In this document: piece after piece, positions 34,461-46,300 of the stretch | Position numbering within the stretch: the stretch's first letter is position 1 | Layout of the letters: each line of letters starts with the position of its first letter | Source of the DNA: Octopus sinensis | Lineage: Eukaryota | Assembly: GCF_006345805.1 (NCBI RefSeq) | Contig: NC_043006.1 | Span: 558,001-622,000, forward strand | Length of the DNA stretch: 64,000 bases | Direction: 5' to 3' | The notes under the pieces: generated by a model | What the model was told of the DNA's origin: nothing | Seen by the model: the letters and a program-made list of their open reading frames with translations, nothing else | Database searches by the model: none | Position numbers and translations under genes: made by a program

Positions 34461-37400
34461 TTTGTAAAAATATTCCTGGCCATGTGTGGGAAACTATCAC
34501 CTTGTTTGGAAACAGGTGAGGGTATCTAGGCACAGAAGGTGACAGGAAGGATATCTGCAACAAGCAGGAAATTCAGCCATAGAAAACCAACCTCAACAAA
34601 TTTCCTTTGACCCAAGCAAACATAGAAAAATGGATGTTAAAACAATGATTATGACTTCCCATGTGCTATTTCTGTTTCCAATAACAATTACTTTAAACAA
34701 ATTTGTGTACAAAATGTTATTTTAAAACAGCTCTGTTAGAAATTGAAAATTATTTTTCCAAATATAGCTCTGAATTATTTATTTTTACCTTATCAAGTTG
34801 GAGGTGATCTAGAAGTTTTTGAAATCCTTCACATATTTCTCTCAAATTCCAATAGACAGGATAATCAACCTGCAAAACAATAAAAACAATAATACAGATA
34901 AAAATAATAAAATAAAATAAAAATATTGAAAAGTTAGTCAAAGTAGAAGAGCAGTGCCCACGACTTTTGCAGGCTTCAGAGATAAGTAAGATTAATGCAC
35001 CACAGTTATGATTGCACCATTAACCCATTAGCATTTAACCTGGCCATATCCAGTCAAAATATTCTTTTTTTATTGTTCAAGCTGGACTGATCATGCCTTT
35101 CACACCTACCCTAAAATGTCATCCTAAAGATAAATAGTCACACCAATTATTAGGAATTGTTTTAGAATTCAGATTCTTCTGCAAAATGAAATACTTATTC
35201 ATTGACATTGTTTTAAATTAATCATGCACTATCTTGGAACTACAAGATGATGCATGATGTGATTATTAATATAATGACATTGTAGGGTAGTTTCTGTCTA
35301 CCAAATCCACTCACAAGGCTTGGTTGGCCCGAGGCTATAGTAGAAGACACTTGCCCAAGGCGCCATGCATTGGGACTGAACCAGGAACCATGTGGTTGGT
35401 AAGCAAGCTACTTACCACACAGCCACTCCTACGCCTATTAGGAATTGTATTAAAAAAATTTTAATATTTTGTGTTGTAGAAATATAACTAGCTTATTGCA
35501 AATAAATAGTAATAACAAAATTTTATATAGACCCTCAAGGGCTATATGGACCCCAAGTTGAGAACCACTGGACTAGACGGCTGTATTAAAGTAAGGGGCA
35601 GGTTAGGGAGATGTACCACATCATGATCAGCAAATTGTCATTTGAAGCTTTTAGTGGGCAGCATTGTTATGATATTAGGATGAACTTAGTGATCTGCTTC
35701 TAGAAAAGACAACACAATTTCAGTGACAGACATAATCATCATCATCATCATCGTTTAACGTCTGCTTTCCATGTTAGCATGGGTTGGACGATTTTGACTG
35801 AGGACTGGCGAACCAGATGGCCGCACCAGGCTCCAATCTTGATCTGACAGAGTTTCTACAGCTGGATGCCCTTCCTAACGCCAACCACTCCAAAAGTATA
35901 GTGGGTGCTTTTTACGTGCCACCGGGACGGGGGCCAGTCAGGCGGTACTGGCAATGACCTCGCTCAAATTTTTTTACACATGCCACCGGCACAGGTGCTA
36001 GTAAGGCGACGTTGGTAACGATCACACTCGAATGGTGCCCTTTTACTTTCTTGCTACCTGAATGTGAAATACTTTCCCTAAACTGCAGTTTTCTAAAAAT
36101 TTGTTACGTTTCATCTCCCTTTATGTAATTCAAGAATATCCAGGATGTGGCAGCTGCAGGGAAACAAAGTGGTACCTGCACCGGGCTGGTCCATACTTTC
36201 AGCTAAGACTAGAGCAAAATGAAAATAAAGTTCCTTGATGAAGGAGACAATGTGGCAAACCCACAACCTGGTCTACATGGTTGCTTGAGGTGCTAGAAAG
36301 AGCAGCCAACTTACATTGGATAATGTAGTCCTTGATATACTACACTTCAGTAAGAAGCTGGAAGATTATGGTTGGTAAGTTTTTGATTATGGTTCTGACT
36401 CGGAGACTGAAGGACGACTTTCCAAAATAATAACACAGTTGATACTTACAGCAATTACTCTATAGCCAACAGCTGAGAGGGCGAAAATTTGTTTGAAAAA
36501 AACATCAGCAGTTCCACTGGCTGGAGGGAAAAAGATCAATGGACAACGGACACTGCGTGGTCCTGCATCATAGAGTGACCAAGACTTGTGATGATCATCA
36601 TCAACAACAATCTATTAGAATAACAAAAAGGAAAAAAGAAAAGATAAATTACAATACAAATACAGAAATTGAGGAAATTGATAATGAGAGGCATGGTTGG
36701 GTGAATAACAAGCTTCCTTCCCAACCCCATGGCTTCAGGGTCAGTGTTTTACTTATGGTTAGAAGATGACCAAAGCCTTATGAATGGAATTTGTTAGACT
36801 AAAAGAAAAGTGATATTGATTATAATCATTAACCCTAAAGGGCATTCACATTATTCTGTAAAATGTAGGAGCACTCTGTTGGTAACGACGATGAGGGTTC
36901 CAGTTGATCAATGGAACAGCTTGCCTGTGAAATTAATGTGCAAGTAAGAAACCAGCACAGCTCCCATGACTTCAGGAAACATTTTTTCACGCTGAGAGTT
37001 GCTGAAGCGTGGAACAAACTGCCGGCATTGGTTGTTAGTTGTCGGAGCACTGCATCCTTCAAGACTTCCATGCTTCCTGAGATTCGCCAACACTACACCT
37101 GATTTTCTCCCCTCCATACACACACAAGCATGTTCACTTTCCAGACATTTCTACATTACTGCATGTACTTTATATGCACTTTCTGACAAGTTGTGGTGCA
37201 CCTAAGCACTGTATACAATAATTTCATTATTATAAGTGGCTGAGCACTCCACAGGCACGTGTACCCTTAATGTAGTTCGCAAAGAGATTCAACATGGCAC
37301 AGAGTGTGACAAGGCTGGCCCTTTTTTGAAATACAGGTGCTACTTCATTTTTGCCAGCTGAGTGGAGACTGGAGCAATGTGAAATAAAGTGGCTTGCTCA

Positions 37401-38163
37401 AGGACACAACACGTCGCTGGGAATTGAACTCACGACCTTATGATCATGAGCCGAATGCTCTAACCACTAAGCCACGCGCCTTCAAATGTAACGCTTATTT
37501 ATTCACATTGTCTTGAATTAATCATGCATTATCTCATAGCTTTGAGATTTCAATGATGTGGTTGTATATTTTTAGAATGATATTGTAGGGTAGGTGTAAG
37601 AGGCTGGATCTTGGCAGTTTGAACATAAAATACTTGGACCGGATATGGCCTGTGGAGATGCAAAAGGGTTAAATAACTTCCTGACTGGGAGAAAATGTTG
37701 GGGATGTGAGTAATGACAGATTAAAATGCATAAGTGTGTGGCATGGCTGATTATTTTTTTTTATCACCTCCACCTTAACGAAGGCGGAGCTGTTGTTTTC
37801 AGTCATGCTTGTTTGTTTGTCTATGGACAAGATATCCCAAGAACCACTGGATGGATTTGGATGAAACTTTCAGGAATGTTTGGCCTCGTGTCTGGCATGA
37901 AGTAACTAGATTTCGGGATCGATCCGGTACTGGACAAGGATTCTGGATTATTTGTTATATTTACTTTACCTTACATTGACTTTCAAGTCTTCCCCAGTTA
38001 CCTCCCCTAAGGCTGTTTCCAAAGTTTTATTTTCATTTCTCTATTACTAATTTTACTCATGCCTCTATCTTAGTAAAGAAACTTGTGAATAAAGAAAACA
38101 AACTACATAAAAAAAAAGGGCAGCAAAACCGTTCAGAAATCAAATAACACTAACATATTTTTA

Positions 38164-38201
<38 letters not shown>

Positions 38202-40362
38202 AAGTCAAGATAGAAAATGCTAAAATAATTTTATAAAGAACATTTCAGTACCGGTTTCGGTCATTTTGAGACCTTTTCAACTATAACGATTAAATAATTA
38301 AATTTAGAAAAATTAAAAGAAAATTTTTTTAAAGGAATATTTGTATAGTGTTTAAATATAAGTGGCATTTTCCTTGTTTCTGCCTTTCTCTGTCTCTCTT
38401 GTTTGCACTTGTGTGTTCGAGGTCAGGTCGTTGTGAATTCTTGGTAGGGTAGAAGAAGAAGGATGATGAGAAGGAGTGGGAAAATTTGGGAGTGTCTTGG
38501 TTGTCATATTTTGAATGGTCAGTTGCAGTTCAATTCAGGAGAATATTTCTATTGAAAGGTTTGTTTATGGAATTTGCGAAGGTGTTATACTAAAAAGCAT
38601 TAGTGATAAAGTTAAGAAGTAGAAGGTGGAGCAGAAGAAGAAGAAGAAGATGATGATGATGGTGATGATGATGACGATGATGATGATGATGAAGAAGAAG
38701 AGGAAGAAGAAAGAGAAGGGAGAATATGAATGAGTTGAAGTAGTGAGGTGTTGTATGACTTGAAGTTGGCACGTTATGGATTATAGCTGTGATTGGGGCT
38801 GATTTGTAATGGATTCTTTGGAATGTAATATTTGCGTGTGTATTTGTGTTATTCTAAAGTCGTTTGTCGTAGACCCGTTAAGAAGTGGCCTGTATTTTGT
38901 AATAAAGAGAGTTTCTTTACTTATTCGTTGTCTCGAGGTTGTATCGTCCCTGAATTGGTAGAGGGGGAAAATCCTGAAGCCTGGTGTTTTGTTGTTGGCG
39001 CAAGTATCTATGTGTTGGCTAAAAGCTATTTTTCTGTTTTGGGGAATTTTTATCTGGGATCTGTGCAGGGCCATTCTTTTGTGCAAACTATTTTTTGTTT
39101 GACCTATGTACTGCTCTTGACACCCAGAGCAGGTTAGTGTGTATATCAGGTTCTCCGAAGCACATGTGAAGTTGCTTTTCACTGTAAACCGTTGTCCCTG
39201 TTTGAAGGAGAACTCTGATCCCTCAATTAGATAATCGCATATCCCGGCTTGTGTTAGGAGACTTTTCATAGATTTAGGCTGTCTCTTACGCACAAAAAAT
39301 TCAGCAGAACTGTCAGATTTTCAAAGAGGTTATGTTGTTGAGCAATCTGAGGCTGGTCTTAGCCAGTGAAAAATTGCTGAAAATCTTCAAATTCCTCTTG
39401 CTACTGTTAATAGAATTATAGTGCTATTCAAAAGCCAAGGAATAGAATTAACAGATTCTGGGCCCTCAGAAAGGAAGCTTTGCTGTTTGAAAAGAATTGT
39501 GGAAAACGAACCTCCGTTCGAAGGCTTCTGACATTGCAAAACAGCTACAAGTTAGTCCAAGAACGTGTGTTATATATCTGCATAAGCTTGGGTATTATGG
39601 ACGAGCAGCGAGAAGAAAACCTCTCCTTCAACCAATTAATGTCATGAAAAGAAAGAAATGGGTTAAGGAGATGTCAGAAAAATCCAGTTCATTTTGGGAT
39701 AGAGTGATTTTCTTAGATGAATCCAGATTTACATTATTTTCAGACAGTGGACATGTTTGGGTCTGGAGGCTTCCAATAAAGAATTTGATTTGAAATGACT
39801 CCAACCAACTATGAAACATGGCGGTATCTCTGTAATGGTATGGGGAGCTGTCACTAGCAACGGTCGTTCTGAGCTGATTGAATGTGTTGGAACCATAAAC
39901 TCTGAAAAATACATCAAAATACTTAAGCAAGGACTTCTACCGATGTATGCATATGATAGCATAATGAAAAATGAGTTTTTATTCATGGAAGATGGGGCTC
40001 CATGCCACACAGCAAAAAGGAATCAACAATGGTTGATTGAAAATGGGATCAAAAAGCTTCCTTGGGCGAGCCAATCTCCTGACCTGAACCCAATTGAAAA
40101 TCTTTGGAGCATACTAGATGGAGCTATACAGAAAACTCGACAGAAACCTAAATCTAAAGATGAATTGTTTCGATTGTTGCATTATCACAAAGCTCATCAG
40201 TTCAATGCCAAAAAGAGTTTCTGAATTAAAAACTGCAAAGGGAATGTCAACTAAATACTAAAGTATGTAGTCCTCCCTATCGATTACATTTCAATTGTTT
40301 CACTTTGCATATTAAATAAAAGATTTTGAAAATTAAAGGTGTCTGTTTACTTCCTGCATGTC

Positions 40363-40424
<62 letters not shown>

Positions 40425-40874
40425 TAATATATATATATTATTAAAAAGAAAAAAAAGAAATAAGTGGAAATTTTACTGGTGAGTGTGTTACATAATAAGG
40501 CACAAAAAGAGAATGACTCTCCCCAGACACAACAGAATATGCTTCAACACACAAACTCATATAAAGAATCTTGCAAACCAAATCCAAAAACCTACACCAA
40601 CTCCTCAACTATCTATTATACATACATATCTATATCTATCTGTCTATCTATCTCTCTCTCTATATATATATAGACGCCATGATAGATCATTAGCTACTAC
40701 ATACATTTTTTTCCCGCATTGTTTCTCTCCTTGTTTTTTTTCTGTGTATCTTTCTGTCCAAGAGCGGAGACTCGAAACGTAAAAGACTTTTTCTATTCCT
40801 GAGCACCATACTAATACATTTGTTTGTTTGTACACCACCTGCCTTTGTCTTTTGTTTATTTTCGTAAACTTTCC

Positions 40875-40923
<49 letters not shown>

Positions 40924-43046
40924 TATAACGGGAAGCTTTATGAAAATAAACAAAAGACGAAGGCAGGTGGAAAACAAACGAACAATTGTATTAGTATGGC
41001 GCTCAGGAAATATAAATAAAACAAGTCTTAACGTTTCGAGCCTACGCTCTTCAACAGAAAGATACACAGAGAGAGAAAAAAACAGAAAGAAGGAGAGAAA
41101 AAAATGCGTGCAGTAGCTAACGAATCAACATGGCGATCTGATTTCGGCCAGAGGTCAAAGATCAAACATGAGACGCGAGAGCGAAATAAGGGGAGATAAT
41201 AGGGTTGATAAAAGGGTTGAGGGGCCAGCTAAAAGTGCGTGGGAGGGGTCTGGATGTGTGTATGTATAGGGTTGGTGTATGTATTAGTATGTATAAGGGT
41301 GTGTGTGTGTGTGTGTGTATGAGAGAGTATTAGTGCGTAAGATTGGTCTGGACGTGCGTATGTATGGGGTTGGTGTATGTATTAGTATGTATTAGTACGT
41401 ATTGGTATGTATAGGTGTGTGTGTGTGTGTGAGAGAGTATAAGTGCGTATGCGGGGTCTGGACGTGTGTATGTATAGGGTTGGTGTAAGTATTAGTATGT
41501 ACTAGTATGTATTAGTACGTATTAGTATGTATTAGTTGGTGTGTGTATTAGTATGGCACATCATATGTGATGTGATGTGTAAAGTCATGTGGTGTAGTGA
41601 GGAGAAGAGGGGGGGGGGGGGAGAAGAGGGGGAGAGAAGGGGAGGGGAAGAAGAGGGGGAGGAGAAGGGGGAAGAGGAGACGATGGGGGAGAAGGAAGGT
41701 GAGGAGGGGGATGGAAGAGGAAAGAGGGAGAGAGGGAGTGAGGGAGCAGAGGGAAGGGGAAGAGGGAGGGAGAAAGAGGGAAGAAGGGAAGGGGAGTAGG
41801 GGTGAAAGGATGAAGGACTGAAGAAGTAGGGGTCGGGGGGAGAAAGGATAGGTGAGGAGGGGGAGAGGGGGGTTAGATGAGGAGGGGGGGAGAGTTGAGA
41901 CCAAATGGCGTATATATATATATAAGTTCAGCAAAATTTAGATTCAGATGAATATGGTACTTAAGTTAAAGGCACCAGAATTTAGTATGGTATTATCCAT
42001 ATAAATCCATGGGGTGATTATAATCAAAATAAGCAACAAGGATATCCAAGGTAGTGTAGTACAATCGTTTTATGCTACTTCATTTTATTAAACACTGTAA
42101 GTATTACATCAGTTTTAAAATGTTGAGCAATCTTCAGCCACATATAGAATTTTATATATATATATATAATGTATATGTGTGTGTGTGTGTGTGTATTATA
42201 TATGTGTATCTCTGTATGTATTCATGTGTGTTTATGTTGCTTCTAGCGTCAACTTTTGCAAAATAGCTGCAAACAAGTGTTATTGTTACACAAGCAGTGT
42301 CATTCACTTCAAATCGTCTGTGAAAACTTGTCCAGCCACGGAAAAAATATTTACCTTATTTGGAAACAAGTGAAGGGTTGGTGGCAGGAAGGGTATCCAG
42401 CCATAAAAAAAAATGCCTCAATGAATTCCATCTGGCCCATGCAAGGATCGGAAAGAGGACATTAAAATGATGAGGATACTGGGGTCCTAGTTGACCATTG
42501 ACTGATTTATTTGGAAATTTCAATTCATCAAAAACATTTCATGTCAGAAGAACAGAAGTTGTTAGGCTAAGAGATCACATGGTCATGTGCTTGGATCTTG
42601 AATTAGGTTTCAAAGCCACTTCCTGGTTAGGTCAATAGCAGTAGAAGAGAGAGAGAGAGAGAGAGAGATGTTTAGTTATAAAAATGTAACTACTTCAACA
42701 GTAATTTAATAAGTGTTGCAACAGGGAAAAACCCATTCGCTCAAATTAGTGACTGGTATTATTCTAATCACTTCAGGAAAGGAAATGAATTAGCATGTGT
42801 GGTATTATTACACCTCCGCAGCAAAACGCAGACTCTGCTGTACTAGCAGAAACAACAAAGTGAGAATCACTAAGCAGATGCACAAAATTGCACACAAGGT
42901 AGAGGCATGGTGGTAGGGTAAGAAGCTTGCTTCTCAGCCACATGGCTCCGGGTTCAGTCCCACTGCACGACCAAAGCCTTGTGAGTAGATTTGGTAGACG
43001 GAAACTGAAAGAAGCCCATCGTGTATGTATATATATGTGTGTGTGT

Positions 43047-43087
<41 letters not shown>

Positions 43088-43314
43088 AACATTGCTTGAC
43101 AACTGATGCTGGTGTGTTTATGTCCCTGTAACTTAGCGGTTCAGCAAAAGAACTGATAGAATAAGTACTAGGTTTACAAAGAATAAGTCCTGGGGTCGAT
43201 TTGCTCGACTAAAGGCAGTGCTCCAGCATGGCCACAGTCAAATGACTGAAACAAATAAAAGAGTAAAAGAGATATCTAAATTAATAACTCACAGTTTCAC
43301 AGTACTAGCCTCCA

Positions 43315-43351
<37 letters not shown>

Positions 43352-46300
43352 ATATATATATATCACATATGCCCTAACAATAACAATCTCATGACAAGAT
43401 GGATAAATGTGTGTAAGAATAAATAAAAATAGTTACATCTCCATACCCCCAGAATGAATAGAATTGGAGTTTCAACTAAGGATCTTCATGTTCATAATTA
43501 GTAGGTTTCACTACGATAGAAGCAAGATAATTCACCTCGTTTAGAAATTCTTAATGAAGCCAGTTCAGAGAGGACTATAAACCTTTCCATGCTACTATTC
43601 GTGGAAATTGGTCTCTTCCTTTATTTCACTGCACCAAAACATGCTAATGGGCGATAATGAGGTCGTTAAATTGTTTTATACACACCAAATAATTTTTTCC
43701 TTCCTTTCTATTCCATCGTGTTATTTTTTTTTCCTATTGTCTAACTTCCACCAAGAATATAATTGACAAAAAGAAAAAGTAGTAATTGAAATTATGGATC
43801 TTGTTTAGCAAGTAAAAAGCTCATTAGAAAGCGATAAAGGAGAAAATTGATTTTGATAAAATAGAAGAAAAAAAGTAGGAAGAATTTTCTCCGGTAAATA
43901 ACTATTATTCCCTTGGGTTGTTTTGCTTGCAGGAATAGGATTCCAGCAGATATGATGGCCCAGCAATTAATCTGAACAGAGAGATTAGGATTTTCAATGC
44001 TAACAGGAAGCAAACATCATTAGTATCAATTCTAAACATGAGATAACTAAAAAAAAAGAAAAAGAAAAATATTGCAAATTATACCAACCATAGAAATGGG
44101 AAGAATGTTTAAAAGAGAGATAATTAGAGAGAGAGAGAGAGAGAGAGAGACAATGGGAGAGTATGTGACAGAGAGAAAGAAAGAGAGTGAGAGAACAGAT
44201 CCGAATAGTGTTGGTTTGTGTATTAGAGTGGAAATGGTAAAAAAACAAAATGATTGAATGCATTTCAAAAATCCAGGAACATGGAGTGGGTGGGTGTTAG
44301 GGACAATCAACCAATAGCAGAACATCTTGTTGAATACATGAATGGAGAATGGTAAAGTGAGTCTTTAACTATTTAACCAGGTTTCAGTAAATACCAACCA
44401 GCCTAGACACTACCCCTATTTCTGATACAAGCTTCCTGTTTTAAAGTGATTTGAGTAAAAGCCTGCCATCAAAATTTCATGTGTTTTAAATGCTAGTTTA
44501 ATATTGACAAAGTTATTCTATTAAATTCTTCATTATTTTCAAAATGAATTGAAACAAAAGCAATATATTAGAAAAGGAATATGATAGCAACAATGTTTGA
44601 GTGATCTAAATTGAAATATTCCATCATAATTTGTCGTTGATTGACATTCCAAACACTAACTCAATAACGACAAAGTTCTTTTACTAAACACTTCAATATT
44701 TTCAAAATTTTAATTGATACAAAAGTGTATTTTAAAAGAAATATGATAACAAAAGGGTTAAAACATATTTAATTTAGCAAAGAAACAATTTAAAACAATA
44801 AATATCTCTCTCTATCTCTTATTATAAAAGGCAGATTTTATCTGCCTCCCTTTGTCAGTTATAGAATTCTACAATATAGGATTTCTTCAATTACAATTTA
44901 CCTAGCATTTTTAAGAGTAGAATGCATCGGGTCATGCCAGGTCCAGTTTTTAAAATTTAAACTCCAATTAAGCAAAATTTACAGAAAACTCACATTCTGG
45001 TGTGTATGTCAAATGCTTTTCTTAATGTGGTTTACACCACACGCAAACGCACACACACAGTGTGCAACGAATAAAATGAAAGTAATTCACTTTCTGTAGT
45101 GAGTGACTCTTTCACTCTGCCTCCCACTTCCTCTTTACACACATAGACACGCAAATATATAAATAAAATTGTAAGCTAACGTGCGTGTGTGTGAGTGTGT
45201 GTGAGGGTGCGTGTGTGTGTGTGTGTGTGTGTGCGTGAGTGTGTGACAGGAAAGTTTTTTACGACGAATATAAGACCTATATCCAAGTAGCAGAAAGATC
45301 GACCAAAAGTGTATATAGATATTTAAATGTATTTATATATTCATCTATACACAGATGTATGTATAATGTGTGTGTATATATTTCCATAGAGGTAACCTTT
45401 CACTCCATACAAAGTTTTTAGGACGAATATAAGATCTAAAGTATATACAAGTAGCAGAAAGATCGCCCAAAAGTGTATATAGATATTTAAATGTATTTAT
45501 ATATTCGTCTATGCACATATGCATGTATAACGTGTGTGTATATATTTGCATAGAGGTAACCATTCACTCCATATAAAGTTTTTTTGGACGAAAATAAGAT
45601 CTAAAGTTATCTCTAAGAAACAGAAAGATCGCCCAAAAGTGTATATAGATATTTAAATGTATTTATATATTCATCTATACACACATGTATGTATAATGTG
45701 CGTATATATATTTCCATCCCTTATCTGGTGGGCAATGAGAAAACTAGGGATAGATGAATGGTTAGTGAGAGCTGTGCGGGCCATGTATAGGGACGCCGCT
45801 AGTAGGGTGAGGGTTGGAAATGAGTACAGTGAAGAATTCCGGGTAGAGGTAGGGGTCCACCAAGGCTCAGTACTCAGCCCCCTCCTATGTGAAGACGTGT
45901 TGAGGCAAGTGAGGATCAGAATCGAAATCGATCAATGGAAATTGCGGATGTGCTACCAGTGCCGGTGGCATGTCGAAACTCTGCTTGTGAAGACCCATTG
46001 AGGCAAGTGAGGATCAGAATCGAAATCGATCAATGGAAATCGATCAATGGAAATCGATCAATGGAAATTGCAGATGTGTTACCAGTGCCGGTGGCATGTA
46101 AGAGAACTTTCCGTTTCGCGACCGTTGCCAGCACCGCCCCGTTTCGTGTCCGTTGCCAGCCTCGCCTGGCCCTCGTGCCGGTGGCACATAAAAAGCACCA
46201 TCCGTTCGTGGCCGTTTGCCAGCTCAGTCTGGCACCAGTGCGGGTGGCACGTAAAAAGCACCCACTACACTCACGGAGTAGTTGGCGTTAGGAAGGGCAT

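Noticed and set aside
41536-41934. Glu/Gly/Arg-rich and Pro/Leu/Ser-rich ORFs
   Set aside because: These are translations of the polypurine tract.
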